A DNA stretch of 44,062 bases. Source: a virus. Within the stretch, counting starts at the first letter, position 1, and each line of letters opens with the position of its first letter. A program made the translations under genes and the position numbers. Of this stretch, positions 23,715 to 34,489 are shown one piece after another. The stretch covers positions 1 to 44,062 of IMG/VR virus record IMGVR_UViG_3300045988_030948, one strand, 5' to 3'. A model generated the notes under the pieces. The model searched no databases, was not told the origin of the DNA, and worked only from the letters and a program-made list of their open reading frames with translations.

Positions 23715-26700
23715 ATGGCGGGCAAATTTCCCGCAAATAACAAAGTAATAATAGGCGTTATGGCAGATAATAACAACCCGATAAAATATAGTGATTTAGT
23801 AAAGCCGGATAATTCGATTACCGACCTTATCAACCAATTAGACCAACTTTCAGACGCTTATATGAATACTCTTAAAAATATTAAGAGTGAAGCGTTAACC
23901 GTTCGGGCAGCATTGGCGGGCGTATCCGGGGCAACCGAGGACGGGCGAAAGTCGATAAAGGGAGCAACGTCCGACGCCGACCGCTTAACCCGTGCCGCAC
24001 GGGAATTGGCATTTGCAGAAAGCGAAAACGCAAAGCGGTTGGCGGAATTGAAACAAGCCCAAAAGGAGGCAAACGAAATTATCAAATTAACCCAACGTTT
24101 GAACCAATCCGCCGAGGGTTCATATAACAGGTTGTCGGCGCAATATTCCCTAAACAAAATATACCTTAACAACATGACAGTTGAGGAGAGGGAGGCAACC
24201 GAGGAAGGGCGCAAGTTGGTACAAGAAACAAAAGCGATTTACGAGGAAATGAAGCGGTTACAGGAAGCCACGGGCAAAACGTCCCTTAATGTGGGTAACT
24301 ATTCCGACGCCGCCAAAGGGTTAACAACCCAAATCGAAAATCAGACAAAACAATTGGCGTTGTTGCGTTTAGAGGGCAAACAAGGAACGGCGGAATATCA
24401 GCAATTGAGTAAAGAAACCGCCATATTGCGGGATGCCGTCCGGGATGCAACAAAGGAAATTACCAACATGGCGTCGGATACGTCCGATTTGGACGCCGTA
24501 TTGGGATTGGCGGCAGGTGCGTCCGGCGGAATGGCGGCATTTACCGGGGCAATGGAGTTGTTCGGGTCTGAAAGTGAGGACGTACAGGAAGCCCAAAAGA
24601 AGTTGCAAGCGGCAATTGCGATTACAACCGGAGTACAGGCGATACAAAATGCCGTACAAAAGCAATCCGCACTTATGTTGGGTATTTCCCGCATACAGCA
24701 AGCCGCATTAACGAAAGCAAAGGTTTACGACCGACTTGTTACCATGCAAGGGACAAAGGCAACGTTGGCGGCGACCGTTGCGCAAAAGGTATTCAATTTG
24801 GTAGCGGCGGCAAATCCTTACGTTCTTTTGGCATTGGCTTTAATTACCGTTGTCGGGGCGTTGGCGTTGTTTGCGTCCAATACTGACAAATCCGCCAAAG
24901 AGCAAAAGAAACTTAACGAGGCGCAAAAGGCGTGGTTGGATTATTTGGAGGTTGAAGCAACCGAAATGAACCGAGTAAGCAACGAGCGTGTCGCCCAATT
25001 AAACCGGGAATTAAGTATTGCCAAAGCCCGGAACGCCGGATTAGCCGAAACCCGAAAGATTGAGGACGAAATATTGGCGGAACGTACAAAGGCGCATAAC
25101 AAATCGGTTGGGTTCTATGGTCAAGAATTAAACGATTTGGAGGCAAACCGCCAAAAGTTAAAGCAATTGAACGATATGTTGTTGCAAGTCAACAACGCAA
25201 AAGCCCGTGGCGATAGTAAAATACGTATCGACGTCGATATGGACGGCAAAATTGATAAAGTCAAGGTTGACGATGCAATTGACGCCATACAGGGGCAAAT
25301 AGAAAATTACGGGCGTAAAGTACAAATTGCCGTTGACCTTAATACAGAGGGGGCGGATTTGGACGCCGAAAGGAAAATACAAGCCGCCCAAAGAGCCAAC
25401 GAAGCCCGGAACGCCGCCAAAACGGAAACGGATATATTGCGTAAAGCCGAGGACGCCCGTATTGCTCTTATCAAAAATACGTTCGACCAACAACGGGCGC
25501 AACGTAAAGCCGCCAACGCCCGTGCGATTGCAGATATACAATTGCAATTACGCACCGAGGCGAATTTGACAGCCAAAGCACGGGCGGCGTTAAATGCGCA
25601 AATTGTTTCCTTGCGTCAACAATTAGCGGTCGAAATGGTCGATATTGCCAACCAACAACGGGCGGCGGAATTAGCGGCGGAACGTACCACACAGGACGCA
25701 CGATTGGCGTTAATGGCAGAGGGTGCGGAAAAGCAACGGGAACAATTGCGGGTCGAATACGAAAGGCAGATACAGGATATTAACACACGTTTGGAAACTG
25801 AACGGGGGTTAACTGAAAAACAGGCGGACGAATTGTTGGCACAACAAATCCTTTTGCAACAACAATACGCAAAAGAGTTGGGCGAATTGAACGACCAAAT
25901 AACAATCGACCAAATGCAGAAAGAAGCCGACCGCACGCAATTACGGTTGGACGCCGCCCGTGAGGGTTCACAGGAGGAAATAAATTTGCGTATCCAATTG
26001 TTACAGCAACAACGGGCAATCGAATTGGCACAAAACAGGCAGTTAGCCGAGGACGTCCGCCAATCCGAGGCAGATATAAACGCCAAATACGATGCCGAGG
26101 TGTTGAAGCAAACGACCGAGTTAAACAATCAACGGGCGTTATTGCTTTTCGACCAACAACAAGCGTTGGAGGCGTCCGAGTTTGATTTGTTGCGTAACAG
26201 CGAGGAACGCAAAACCCGGTTTAAGTTGCAACAAGAAAAGGAGCGTTTGAAAAAGTTGTTGGAATTGAACAAAGCCGGGGGCGTCAAAATGACAGAAGCC
26301 GAGGTGCAGACCGTACAAAATACAATTGCCAAAATCGACCAAGAAATACAGCAAAGCAAGGGCGACGAACAGGGCAAAGATATTTACGGTTTATTTGGTT
26401 TGAATTTGGACGACGACCAAAAGGAGGCAATAAATACGTCCGTATCCTTTGCAATGGAGCAATTACAAACGTTTTTGGATGCAAAGTTAGCCGCCGCCGA
26501 CGCCGCCGTTACAGCCGCCGACAAAGAGGTTGACTCAAGCCAAAAACGATTAGATGCCGAGTTGGAAGCAAGGGCGAACGGTTATGCCTCAAACGTTGTT
26601 GCAGCGCAAAAGGAGTTGGATTTAGCACGCAAAACACAGGATAAAGCGTTGAAAGACCAACAGAAAGCGCAAAAGGCACAACAGGCAATACAGACAATCC

Positions 26701-27257
26701 AACAAATCGGAAACCTTGTAACGGCGTCCGCTTTAATTTGGTCGCAATTGGGGTTCCCGTTGGCAATCCCGGCGATTGCGATAATGTGGGGTTCTTTTGC
26801 CGCCTCTAAAATTAAAGCCGCCCAATTGTCGAAATCGGCAACCGGGGAGGGTTCAGAAAGTTACGGCGACGGTACGGTTGAGTTGTTGGGCGGTGGTTCG
26901 CACCAATCCGGCGACGACGTGGATTTGGGAACCAAGCCAGACGGAACCCGGAGGCGTGCCGAGGGCGGGGAGTTTTTCGCCGTTATCAACAAACGCAATT
27001 CCCGTCGTTTCCGTAAGATTATCCCGGACGTAATAAAATCGTTGAATAACGGCACGTTTGCCCGTAAGTATATGGCGGCGTATGACGGGGCAAACGGCTT
27101 ATCTATTAACGTAAGTCAAAGTAACCCGGATATTTCCGACTTAAAAGACGACGTAAGAGCGATACGGGAACAAAGTAAACGCCGTACCTTTGTGGACGGA
27201 ACCGGAAAAACAATTGAGATATACAAGAATTTGAAACGAAAATTTAATAATAACTAA
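23715..27257 (+). CDS. tail tape measure protein
   Basis: 1180 aa. Very long Ala/Gln/Glu/Lys-rich helical sequence with two hydrophobic segments (VLLALALITVVGALALFA and AIPAIAIMWGSFAAS). Largest gene in the genome. Confidence 0.85.
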   Translation: MAGKFPANNKVIIGVMADNNNPIKYSDLVKPDNSITDLINQLDQLSDAYMNTLKNIKSEALTVRAALAGVSGATEDGRKSIKGATSDADRLTRAARELAFAESENAKRLAELKQAQKEANEIIKLTQRLNQSAEGSYNRLSAQYSLNKIYLNNMTVEEREATEEGRKLVQETKAIYEEMKRLQEATGKTSLNVGNYSDAAKGLTTQIENQTKQLALLRLEGKQGTAEYQQLSKETAILRDAVRDATKEITNMASDTSDLDAVLGLAAGASGGMAAFTGAMELFGSESEDVQEAQKKLQAAIAITTGVQAIQNAVQKQSALMLGISRIQQAALTKAKVYDRLVTMQGTKATLAATVAQKVFNLVAAANPYVLLALALITVVGALALFASNTDKSAKEQKKLNEAQKAWLDYLEVEATEMNRVSNERVAQLNRELSIAKARNAGLAETRKIEDEILAERTKAHNKSVGFYGQELNDLEANRQKLKQLNDMLLQVNNAKARGDSKIRIDVDMDGKIDKVKVDDAIDAIQGQIENYGRKVQIAVDLNTEGADLDAERKIQAAQRANEARNAAKTETDILRKAEDARIALIKNTFDQQRAQRKAANARAIADIQLQLRTEANLTAKARAALNAQIVSLRQQLAVEMVDIANQQRAAELAAERTTQDARLALMAEGAEKQREQLRVEYERQIQDINTRLETERGLTEKQADELLAQQILLQQQYAKELGELNDQITIDQMQKEADRTQLRLDAAREGSQEEINLRIQLLQQQRAIELAQNRQLAEDVRQSEADINAKYDAEVLKQTTELNNQRALLLFDQQQALEASEFDLLRNSEERKTRFKLQQEKERLKKLLELNKAGGVKMTEAEVQTVQNTIAKIDQEIQQSKGDEQGKDIYGLFGLNLDDDQKEAINTSVSFAMEQLQTFLDAKLAAADAAVTAADKEVDSSQKRLDAELEARANGYASNVVAAQKELDLARKTQDKALKDQQKAQKAQQAIQTIQQIGNLVTASALIWSQLGFPLAIPAIAIMWGSFAASKIKAAQLSKSATGEGSESYGDGTVELLGGGSHQSGDDVDLGTKPDGTRRRAEGGEFFAVINKRNSRRFRKIIPDVIKSLNNGTFARKYMAAYDGANGLSINVSQSNPDISDLKDDVRAIREQSKRRTFVDGTGKTIEIYKNLKRKFNNN

Positions 27258-27258
27258 T

Positions 27259-30060
27259 ATGAATCTAATATATGATTTTTATATTGCTACGGATACAAAT
27301 ATATTTAACCCGTATTTATCAGATACAAAGTTAAATACATTAATGCGTAGTGCCGATTTTGTGGATAATTCTAATTACAATACAAGTGGCAAAATACCGG
27401 TTATTCCCGGACAACGTATAATAACAAATATATATTATACAATTGCCATATTTAATGCAAATGATGGACGTACATTTTATAAACAAAATATAACAAATGA
27501 AAATAATTTAAGTGTTATTATTCCGCCAAATTCAACTTATATGCGTATTTGCGTTAATGTGTCGCAATGGAATTTATTAAATGTAAAATCTTTACGGCTT
27601 AGCAAACCAACATATAAAGATGATTTAGCAAAAGATTATGAATTAGAAACAAATCAACGTTTTTATAGGGCTAAATTATCCGGCAAAATATCGTTTATTA
27701 AAAATGATTTTGATTATATAGATAATTTGCCATTTGATACAACATTTTATTTGTATATATATCGTTCAAATGACTTTGGCAATATATGGGATTTATATTA
27801 TGTTGGAAAATTCAGCAAAACAGATTGTACATTTAATAATGATGATAAAAAGGTACAATTGCAACCGGAAACGTTGGACGAATATAACGACGTTTTGGCG
27901 GGTTTGGAAAAGGAATATAATTTGATACCGTTAGCCCCTGAGATTGAACGCTTATTGGTTCAAAAACGCCCGTTAATTCAAATCTATATTCCCGGCGATA
28001 GTATTGTTTCGTGTTTTTTGGGCGGTTCTTATTGGGAGCAGGACGCCAACGCCACGACCGACCGCAACGCACTTATCAATACATATCATTTTGCTTTGTG
28101 CAATCTGTTAAAGGAAATAAACGTAACAGGTAGTTCGACGCCAAATGTAAATGCGTTGTATACCGGGCGTATGAGTGTTACAGGAACCAATGTTTTTACG
28201 GGTACATTATACCCGGATGTTTCAAACGGTTATTATATCCGGGCGTCGCAACAATACCAACCGCCATTTTGGGGCGTTATTACTTACGAAATTGTCCGGT
28301 CGTCGGATAATGTTGTTTTATTCCGTTATCAAAATACAAGCCCCGGCAATCAACCATTTGACAATGTGGAATTTAATTTTACCGCCGTGTCCGGTTCCGG
28401 TTCGTCGGGAACCCCGCACGCAGAAATGGCAACGTACAATATATACGCCCGGTATTTGTTGGATGTAACCACGATACAGGGATTAAATACATACGAGTTG
28501 CCAAGCGATGATATTGTTGATTACAACCGTAATTATCGCCGGGCAATTGGTTACGCAATTGATGTAGGTTTTATTTCAAACAATCATTCAACCACGCCGA
28601 GCGAATGGGGACGACGGGACGACGGCACATATTTTCAACCGCCTTATTCTATTTGGGGACAAACATTTTATCCAATAGCCCGGTCAACGTGGCGTTATGC
28701 GTCTATTTGGTTCGGATATTATATATTGGATGAAAATTTGGAAGTTGCCGGACGTAAGACATACACGTTGCGGGATGCGTACCCCGTTGGGTCTGTTATT
28801 CAATCATTGCTCAATCAGTTTGCGCCTGGTATTACCCATAAAGAAACGGCGGAATATAGCCAATTTTTATACGGGGGTAATAATCCCGTTGCATACGGTC
28901 AAAATTTCCGATTGTTTGTAACGCAAAAGTCTAACATATTGGTTGGCGATTATCAGCAACCCGCCCAAAAAGCGCAAACGACGTTACAACAATTTACCAA
29001 TATGTTACGGGATTGTTTCCGTTGCTTTTGGTATATTGAGGACAACAAATTTAAGATTGAGCATATAAGTTGGTTCCGCAATGGCGGTTCCTATTCCGGC
29101 AATCCGGTTATTGGAACCGATTTAACACAATTGGAAAATATCCGTAACGGCAAAAAATGGGGGTTCGCAACGTCGGAATATTCATTTGATAAAGTGGATA
29201 TGCCGGAACGGTTCCAATTTAAGTGGATGGACGACGTAACGCAAGGTTTTGAGGGGTTGCCGATGCAAGTTATAAGCAAATATGTAACGGCGGGTAAAAT
29301 TGAGGACATAAATATTTCAAATTTTACGTCCGACGTTGATATGATGATGTTAGCCCCCGGCGAAATGAGTAATGACGGGTTCGGCTTATTTGCCGCCGTA
29401 ACCGCTAACGCACTAACAAACGACGATAGCGGATTGTATCCGGGATTTGGAGGTACGAGCGGAACAAACGGATTGACAACGCCGACGTATGGTATACGCC
29501 CGGAGTGTGTCGGACGGGCGGCGGTTCTTACGTTTGTGCCTTATTCAACCGGAGGAACCGGAACGGGGCTAATTGTATTTTACGATAGTTCCGGGGTTGT
29601 TATTTCAACACAGGGTAATTTTACAGCCGACGGAACGACAAAGCAAATAAACGTAACGATACCAACCGCCGCAACTGCAATTGGGTTAACTGTTACCGGA
29701 ACCGTATCGGCGTCGGTTTATAGACTTAACGTACCAAGCCAATACGAATTGCCATATATTAAAACGTCGGTAAATGGAAATAATTACTTTTTGCAAAACG
29801 GGTATTTAGCGTTTATCAATTTGCAACCGAGTTATTGGACGTATGATTTACCCGCCCGACAGGTTGAAATAAACGGGTCAACTTATTATGCAAATGGGAT
29901 TGAGAGAAAGAAAAAGCAAACGTTGACGTATCCCATGTATGACGACCCAAACCCGGTGCAATTGGTTAAAACCTATATTGGTAGCGGGGAAATAGATAAA
30001 ATAAGTATAAATTTGCTTTCACGTTCGGCAAAAACAACATTGAAATATGATACAGAATAA
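27259..30060 (+). CDS. distal tail / baseplate protein (933 aa)
   Basis: Starts 2 nt after the tape measure stop. The first ~210 codons are markedly AT-rich. Domains near the N- and C-termini resemble the repeat domain of the fibre gene. Confidence 0.6.
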   Translation: MNLIYDFYIATDTNIFNPYLSDTKLNTLMRSADFVDNSNYNTSGKIPVIPGQRIITNIYYTIAIFNANDGRTFYKQNITNENNLSVIIPPNSTYMRICVNVSQWNLLNVKSLRLSKPTYKDDLAKDYELETNQRFYRAKLSGKISFIKNDFDYIDNLPFDTTFYLYIYRSNDFGNIWDLYYVGKFSKTDCTFNNDDKKVQLQPETLDEYNDVLAGLEKEYNLIPLAPEIERLLVQKRPLIQIYIPGDSIVSCFLGGSYWEQDANATTDRNALINTYHFALCNLLKEINVTGSSTPNVNALYTGRMSVTGTNVFTGTLYPDVSNGYYIRASQQYQPPFWGVITYEIVRSSDNVVLFRYQNTSPGNQPFDNVEFNFTAVSGSGSSGTPHAEMATYNIYARYLLDVTTIQGLNTYELPSDDIVDYNRNYRRAIGYAIDVGFISNNHSTTPSEWGRRDDGTYFQPPYSIWGQTFYPIARSTWRYASIWFGYYILDENLEVAGRKTYTLRDAYPVGSVIQSLLNQFAPGITHKETAEYSQFLYGGNNPVAYGQNFRLFVTQKSNILVGDYQQPAQKAQTTLQQFTNMLRDCFRCFWYIEDNKFKIEHISWFRNGGSYSGNPVIGTDLTQLENIRNGKKWGFATSEYSFDKVDMPERFQFKWMDDVTQGFEGLPMQVISKYVTAGKIEDINISNFTSDVDMMMLAPGEMSNDGFGLFAAVTANALTNDDSGLYPGFGGTSGTNGLTTPTYGIRPECVGRAAVLTFVPYSTGGTGTGLIVFYDSSGVVISTQGNFTADGTTKQINVTIPTAATAIGLTVTGTVSASVYRLNVPSQYELPYIKTSVNGNNYFLQNGYLAFINLQPSYWTYDLPARQVEINGSTYYANGIERKKKQTLTYPMYDDPNPVQLVKTYIGSGEIDKISINLLSRSAKTTLKYDTE

Positions 30061-30907
30061 TAATTTAAGCGTGTTGCCGTGGTACACCTCAATATCAGAG
30101 CAAAACCACCGGAAAAGTTATGCGTATGGCAATATATACCCATTGTTTACGCCTGCAAACAAGTTATTGCCATTTCAAATAATGAGAACGACCCGGACAA
30201 ATGCGATTACGTCGGTACGTCTATATAATCGGGACGGTTCGTTGTTTGCAGATATAACCCAATTTATGAACCAAACCGGATTGCAAGTTGTCCGGTTTGC
30301 CTCAATGGGTTATGACGTTATTGTTTATCCGGGTATTTTGCCAATGCCGATAAATACCCCGGACGGGATATATTACGCCACATTATCCGACGGCGTACAA
30401 ACGTGGTATTCTGAAATGTTTACTATTGTGCAAGATGTTAGCGGGTATCTTAAAATTGAGTGGTACGATATAGAAAACGCCGTATTTGATGCCGGAACAA
30501 TAGTGTATCAGAACCCGCAATTTAAGAACGTTTTGTATCTTTGCACCGAGTTAGGAAAACCCGAATATCAATTTGAGGAAGAGGGCGAAAACCGGGACGG
30601 GTATTTTTTCCCGGAAAAACAAATTAGTGAAAAGACATATCATTGCATTTGTTTAGCCCCGGAATTTCTTTGCGACGTAATGCGGTTAATCCGAATGAGT
30701 GATTACGTAACCGTAACCGACAAATACGGACGAATATATGATTGCGACACATTTTTAATTACCCCAAAATGGCAAACGCAGGGCGATTTGGCAAGTGTTG
30801 AAATTGAGTTTGAAACCGCAACCGTCGTTAAGAAGATAGGACGAGGTTATATATTACAAACAAAGGGAGATTTTAACAACGATTTTAACAACGATTTTAA
30901 CAATTAA
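30047..30907 (+). CDS. tail/baseplate protein (286 aa)
   Basis: ORF overlapping its upstream neighbour by 14 nt. The C-terminus is GDFNNDFNNDFNN. Confidence 0.55.
   Translation: MIQNNNLSVLPWYTSISEQNHRKSYAYGNIYPLFTPANKLLPFQIMRTTRTNAITSVRLYNRDGSLFADITQFMNQTGLQVVRFASMGYDVIVYPGILPMPINTPDGIYYATLSDGVQTWYSEMFTIVQDVSGYLKIEWYDIENAVFDAGTIVYQNPQFKNVLYLCTELGKPEYQFEEEGENRDGYFFPEKQISEKTYHCICLAPEFLCDVMRLIRMSDYVTVTDKYGRIYDCDTFLITPKWQTQGDLASVEIEFETATVVKKIGRGYILQTKGDFNNDFNNDFNN
30869..30904 (+). repeat. 3 x 12-nt in-frame tandem repeat (gattttaacaac)
   Basis: Encodes DFNN three times at the extreme C-terminus. The third copy ends in t instead of c. Confidence 0.85.
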
Positions 30908-30912
30908 AAAAA

Positions 30913-33450
30913 ATGGGAACTTACGAAGTATTAAAACATGCTATTTCCGATGTTATAAAAACAAATGGAAATCAAGAAATTACGGGACAATTGACGCAAA
31001 ATGTATTAGTTGCAATTGTAAACGCATTGGGTAATAATGCGTTATTTGCCGGAATAGCGCAAACAAATACAGTTCCGGGAACGCCTGACGGTAATGTGTT
31101 TTATTTAGCAGCAACAAAGGGCATTTATACAAATTTTAATGCTTATGAGGTTACGGATAAACTAACTATTTTTAATAATAAAACAGGTAATTGGGTTGCC
31201 TCTGAAATTGATGTTGTAATTACGTCGGCATTGGATGATGTTAAAAATAACATCTATGTATATGATTATGCAGCCTTAATAAGTTTGTCGCAAGAATCCG
31301 GCGCATTAATAGAAACGGGAATTGTAGACCCAACACCAACGGGATATTATGTTAGAAAATACGATATATCCGGTTTGTCAAATATTGCAGTAACCGGACG
31401 GTCGGGATTAGGCGGATATTGTTTGCTATGTTTTTATAACTCAAACAATGAGTTTATAAGCGCACAATATATAGGAACGCAAACAAATTATTCTCAAATG
31501 GTTATATCCGTTCCAAGTGGAGTACAATTTATAAAAATATCCGGTAATGGGTCGTATTTACCCGCTTGTTATTCCGTTCAATCGCAATTAGCTTTTTACA
31601 CAAAAACAGAAATTCCGACTGTTGTAGCTAATTTAACAACACAAAAAGCCGATAAAACAGATATATATAATATTACGTCAAGCAACACGCAATTATCTTT
31701 AGATAGCGTTCAAGAAAATTACGCATTAAAATCAAATGGTAATGTAGAAGCAAATACAGGATGGTTTATAAATAAATATATAACTACAAATAAAACATCT
31801 GTATTGGTAACAGGTCGTTCGGGTGCATCTTCTTTCTGTTTGGCTTGTGCATTTGACGCCAATAACAATGTATTACAAGCCTTTCAGGTTGGAATGAGTA
31901 CTAATTATACTAAATTAGTAATCAATCTACCAATTGGAACCGCTTATGTAAAAGTTTGCGGAAATACAACAACTATGCCAAATGCGTTTGAAACTCAATA
32001 CACATTAAAATTTTACACAAAAGAGGAATCGGACGAAAAATATGCAACAAAAGAAGAGATTGCAGATAAAGCAGAAAGAAGCGATATATATATAAATGAA
32101 CCACAAATTATTGAGGGATTAACAGTTGTGCAAGGTTATTATCCATTGGCGAGTACGGGAGTTATTATAGCTAATTCGCAATGGTCGTATATTGAATATA
32201 ATATTCAACCAGATGATGTTTTATTTGCAACGGGTTTTGTTCGTCCAAGTGCAACGGCATTAGCCGTTTACAAAGATGCAAACGACGCATATATTGGTAA
32301 TCAATTTGTCGGAGCCGGAACAAATACAAATTACGATAAACAATTATTGACTATTCCCGCAAATGCAGCAAAAGTATTAATAACAGGTTCTTCAAACACA
32401 GAACCACAAACGCAAAATCGCCCTTTATTGTACAAAGGAGTAGAACAATTGGCATTTTATCAAAAAGATGAAACGTTAAGTACCGAGGAAATAGAACAAA
32501 AAATTGCCGAAACAACGCCTAATTATTGGAATCAAAAAAAAATATGGTGGTGCGGAACTTCTATTCCGGCGGGCGGTTATCCTCAATTAGTCGGTCAAAT
32601 GCTAAATTGTACCGTAAATAATCGTGCGCAAGGTTCATCCGGTTGTCGTCGTTCAACATTAAGTGGAGATTTTACGGGTATGCAATGGCAAAATATGGCA
32701 TATTCATTAAGTCAAACAGCCGAGGAAAAGGAATATATTATTGCTAATTGGGCTACAATACAGCCTATATTAATTAGCGGTGCGCCTACTACATTAAGCA
32801 CCTCGGAACAAACATTGATACGTAGTTGCACATTTGAACAAAGATTGTTGCCGTATATCAATGAATCAGATTTATTTGTTTATGACCACGGACACAATGA
32901 TTGGAAATATAATAAACCGTCAAATTTTGGAGGTGGTTCAGATATTGGCGTATTACCAACAGTTGAAAACATACAATCGGGATTATTGGCGGAAGATACA
33001 TATATGACGGCTAATAATAATGCGAAATTAGTTGAGTTATTTGGCGATTTATCCAAAATACCCAATCTTAATAATTGGATTGCCTCAATTAATCGTAATT
33101 GTTTTATTGGTGCAACTAATTTTATTATGATGATTATTTTGAAAAACAAACCGCATGGACGTATTGCAATGGTATCAAATAACCGTCTTAGTAAACAAGG
33201 ATTAATTGAGGCACAATTGTTAAATTCGGAAAATTGGTTTATACCAATCGCAAAGGTTTATGAATATTTAATGTATTCAAATTTTGTAATACCCGGAACG
33301 TCAAACTATTGGGGCGATGCAAGGGCAAACGATTTGACGGTTTTCGACTTGTATAATAAAGACAGAGTACACCCAAGTTCAGATACAACGGGCGATGCAA
33401 ATAGACTTTATGCGGGTATATTATCGGAATTTATTAAAAAAATAAGATAA
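30913..33450 (+). CDS. tail fibre / receptor-binding protein with three tandem ~140-aa domains and a C-terminal SGNH (GDSL-like) esterase domain
   Basis: 845 aa. The repeats are aa 116-252, 253-393 and 394-530, each ending in xFYxKxE and xDIY. SGNH blocks are WWCGTSIPAGG (I), DHGHNDW (III) and DRVHPS (V). The gene is AT-rich relative to the genome. Confidence 0.75.
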   Translation: MGTYEVLKHAISDVIKTNGNQEITGQLTQNVLVAIVNALGNNALFAGIAQTNTVPGTPDGNVFYLAATKGIYTNFNAYEVTDKLTIFNNKTGNWVASEIDVVITSALDDVKNNIYVYDYAALISLSQESGALIETGIVDPTPTGYYVRKYDISGLSNIAVTGRSGLGGYCLLCFYNSNNEFISAQYIGTQTNYSQMVISVPSGVQFIKISGNGSYLPACYSVQSQLAFYTKTEIPTVVANLTTQKADKTDIYNITSSNTQLSLDSVQENYALKSNGNVEANTGWFINKYITTNKTSVLVTGRSGASSFCLACAFDANNNVLQAFQVGMSTNYTKLVINLPIGTAYVKVCGNTTTMPNAFETQYTLKFYTKEESDEKYATKEEIADKAERSDIYINEPQIIEGLTVVQGYYPLASTGVIIANSQWSYIEYNIQPDDVLFATGFVRPSATALAVYKDANDAYIGNQFVGAGTNTNYDKQLLTIPANAAKVLITGSSNTEPQTQNRPLLYKGVEQLAFYQKDETLSTEEIEQKIAETTPNYWNQKKIWWCGTSIPAGGYPQLVGQMLNCTVNNRAQGSSGCRRSTLSGDFTGMQWQNMAYSLSQTAEEKEYIIANWATIQPILISGAPTTLSTSEQTLIRSCTFEQRLLPYINESDLFVYDHGHNDWKYNKPSNFGGGSDIGVLPTVENIQSGLLAEDTYMTANNNAKLVELFGDLSKIPNLNNWIASINRNCFIGATNFIMMIILKNKPHGRIAMVSNNRLSKQGLIEAQLLNSENWFIPIAKVYEYLMYSNFVIPGTSNYWGDARANDLTVFDLYNKDRVHPSSDTTGDANRLYAGILSEFIKKIR

Positions 33451-33902
33451 TGCAGGAACGCAACATTATTAACGGAATGACTACGGCAGTAGTCGCACCG
33501 TTATTAGACTTTTACAATAGCCTAATACCTTTTTTGGTATTGGCTATTGTCTTAATTTTTGTCGATAGTCGTTTCGGCATCGCCGCCGCAAAGAAGCGAG
33601 GGGAACCAATCCGCACGTCCCGCAAATGGCGTCGGGCAATAAATAAGTTGGTCGATTATATTTGTTGGGTTACGTTGGCGGGGTTGTTCGGTCAAACGTT
33701 CGGTACGATATTAGGGATACCGGTATTATCCGGGTTATTGCTGTTAATCGTGTACGGTATCGAAATTTCAAGTTGTTTTAATAATTATTTTGAAGCAAAG
33801 GGAATAAAAAAGAAAATAAATGTATTCAAGTTATTTAACCGCCCGGAGGTCGAACAATGTATTGAGGACGTACCGGATAAAGAAAAGGAGGTAAACGAAT
33901 GA
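33450..33902 (+). CDS. holin
   Basis: 150 aa with several TM segments (LIPFLVLAIVLIFV, ICWVTLAGLFG, VLSGLLLLIVYGI) and a charged C-terminus. Lies directly upstream of the endolysin gene. Confidence 0.75.
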   Translation: MQERNIINGMTTAVVAPLLDFYNSLIPFLVLAIVLIFVDSRFGIAAAKKRGEPIRTSRKWRRAINKLVDYICWVTLAGLFGQTFGTILGIPVLSGLLLLIVYGIEISSCFNNYFEAKGIKKKINVFKLFNRPEVEQCIEDVPDKEKEVNE

Positions 33903-34489
33903 AACCAATTGTTTTATTAGACAACGGACACGGCAAAGAAACCGCCGGGAAGCGTTCCCCCGTTTGGGGCGACGGGTCGCAACTGTTTGAATGGGAGTTT
34001 AACCGGGATATTGTGCGCCGTATTGCCGAAAAGTTGGAAGCGGACGGCATACCGTACCGGGTATTAGTCCCGGAGGAAACCGACATATCGTTGGTTGAGC
34101 GTGTAAAACGAGCCAACGAGATTGCCAAAGAGAACAACGGCAAAGTATATGTATTAAGCATACACGCCAACGCCGGAGGCGGTACAGGTTGGGAGGTTTA
34201 CACGTCGCCGGGGCAAACAGCGTCGGACGCAATCGCAACCGTATTTTTTGAGGAAGCGGGACGGGAATTTGTGCCGGACGGTTGGCGGATGCGTTCCGAC
34301 TATTCCGACGGCGACCCGGACAAAGAAGCAAATTTTTATATACTAACAAAAACGACGTGTCCGGCAATCCTTACGGAAAACTTTTTTATGGATACCGAAA
34401 AAGATTGCCGTTTTATAATGAGTGAGGACGGACGGGAACGTATCGCCAATATGCACGTCGCCGCAATTAAAAGGGTAATAACGTTATGA
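33899..34489 (+). CDS. N-acetylmuramoyl-L-alanine amidase (endolysin)
   Basis: LDNGHGKETAGK..., YVLSIHANAGGGTGWEVY and FYILTKTTCPAILTENFFMD match amidase_3-type motifs. Confidence 0.85.
   Translation: MKPIVLLDNGHGKETAGKRSPVWGDGSQLFEWEFNRDIVRRIAEKLEADGIPYRVLVPEETDISLVERVKRANEIAKENNGKVYVLSIHANAGGGTGWEVYTSPGQTASDAIATVFFEEAGREFVPDGWRMRSDYSDGDPDKEANFYILTKTTCPAILTENFFMDTEKDCRFIMSEDGRERIANMHVAAIKRVITL

Noticed and set aside
23715-33450. Diversity-generating retroelement or other hypervariation system targeting the tail fibre
   Set aside because: No reverse transcriptase gene and no template/variable repeat pair were found. The internal repeats of the fibre are divergent protein-domain duplications, not near-identical DNA repeats.
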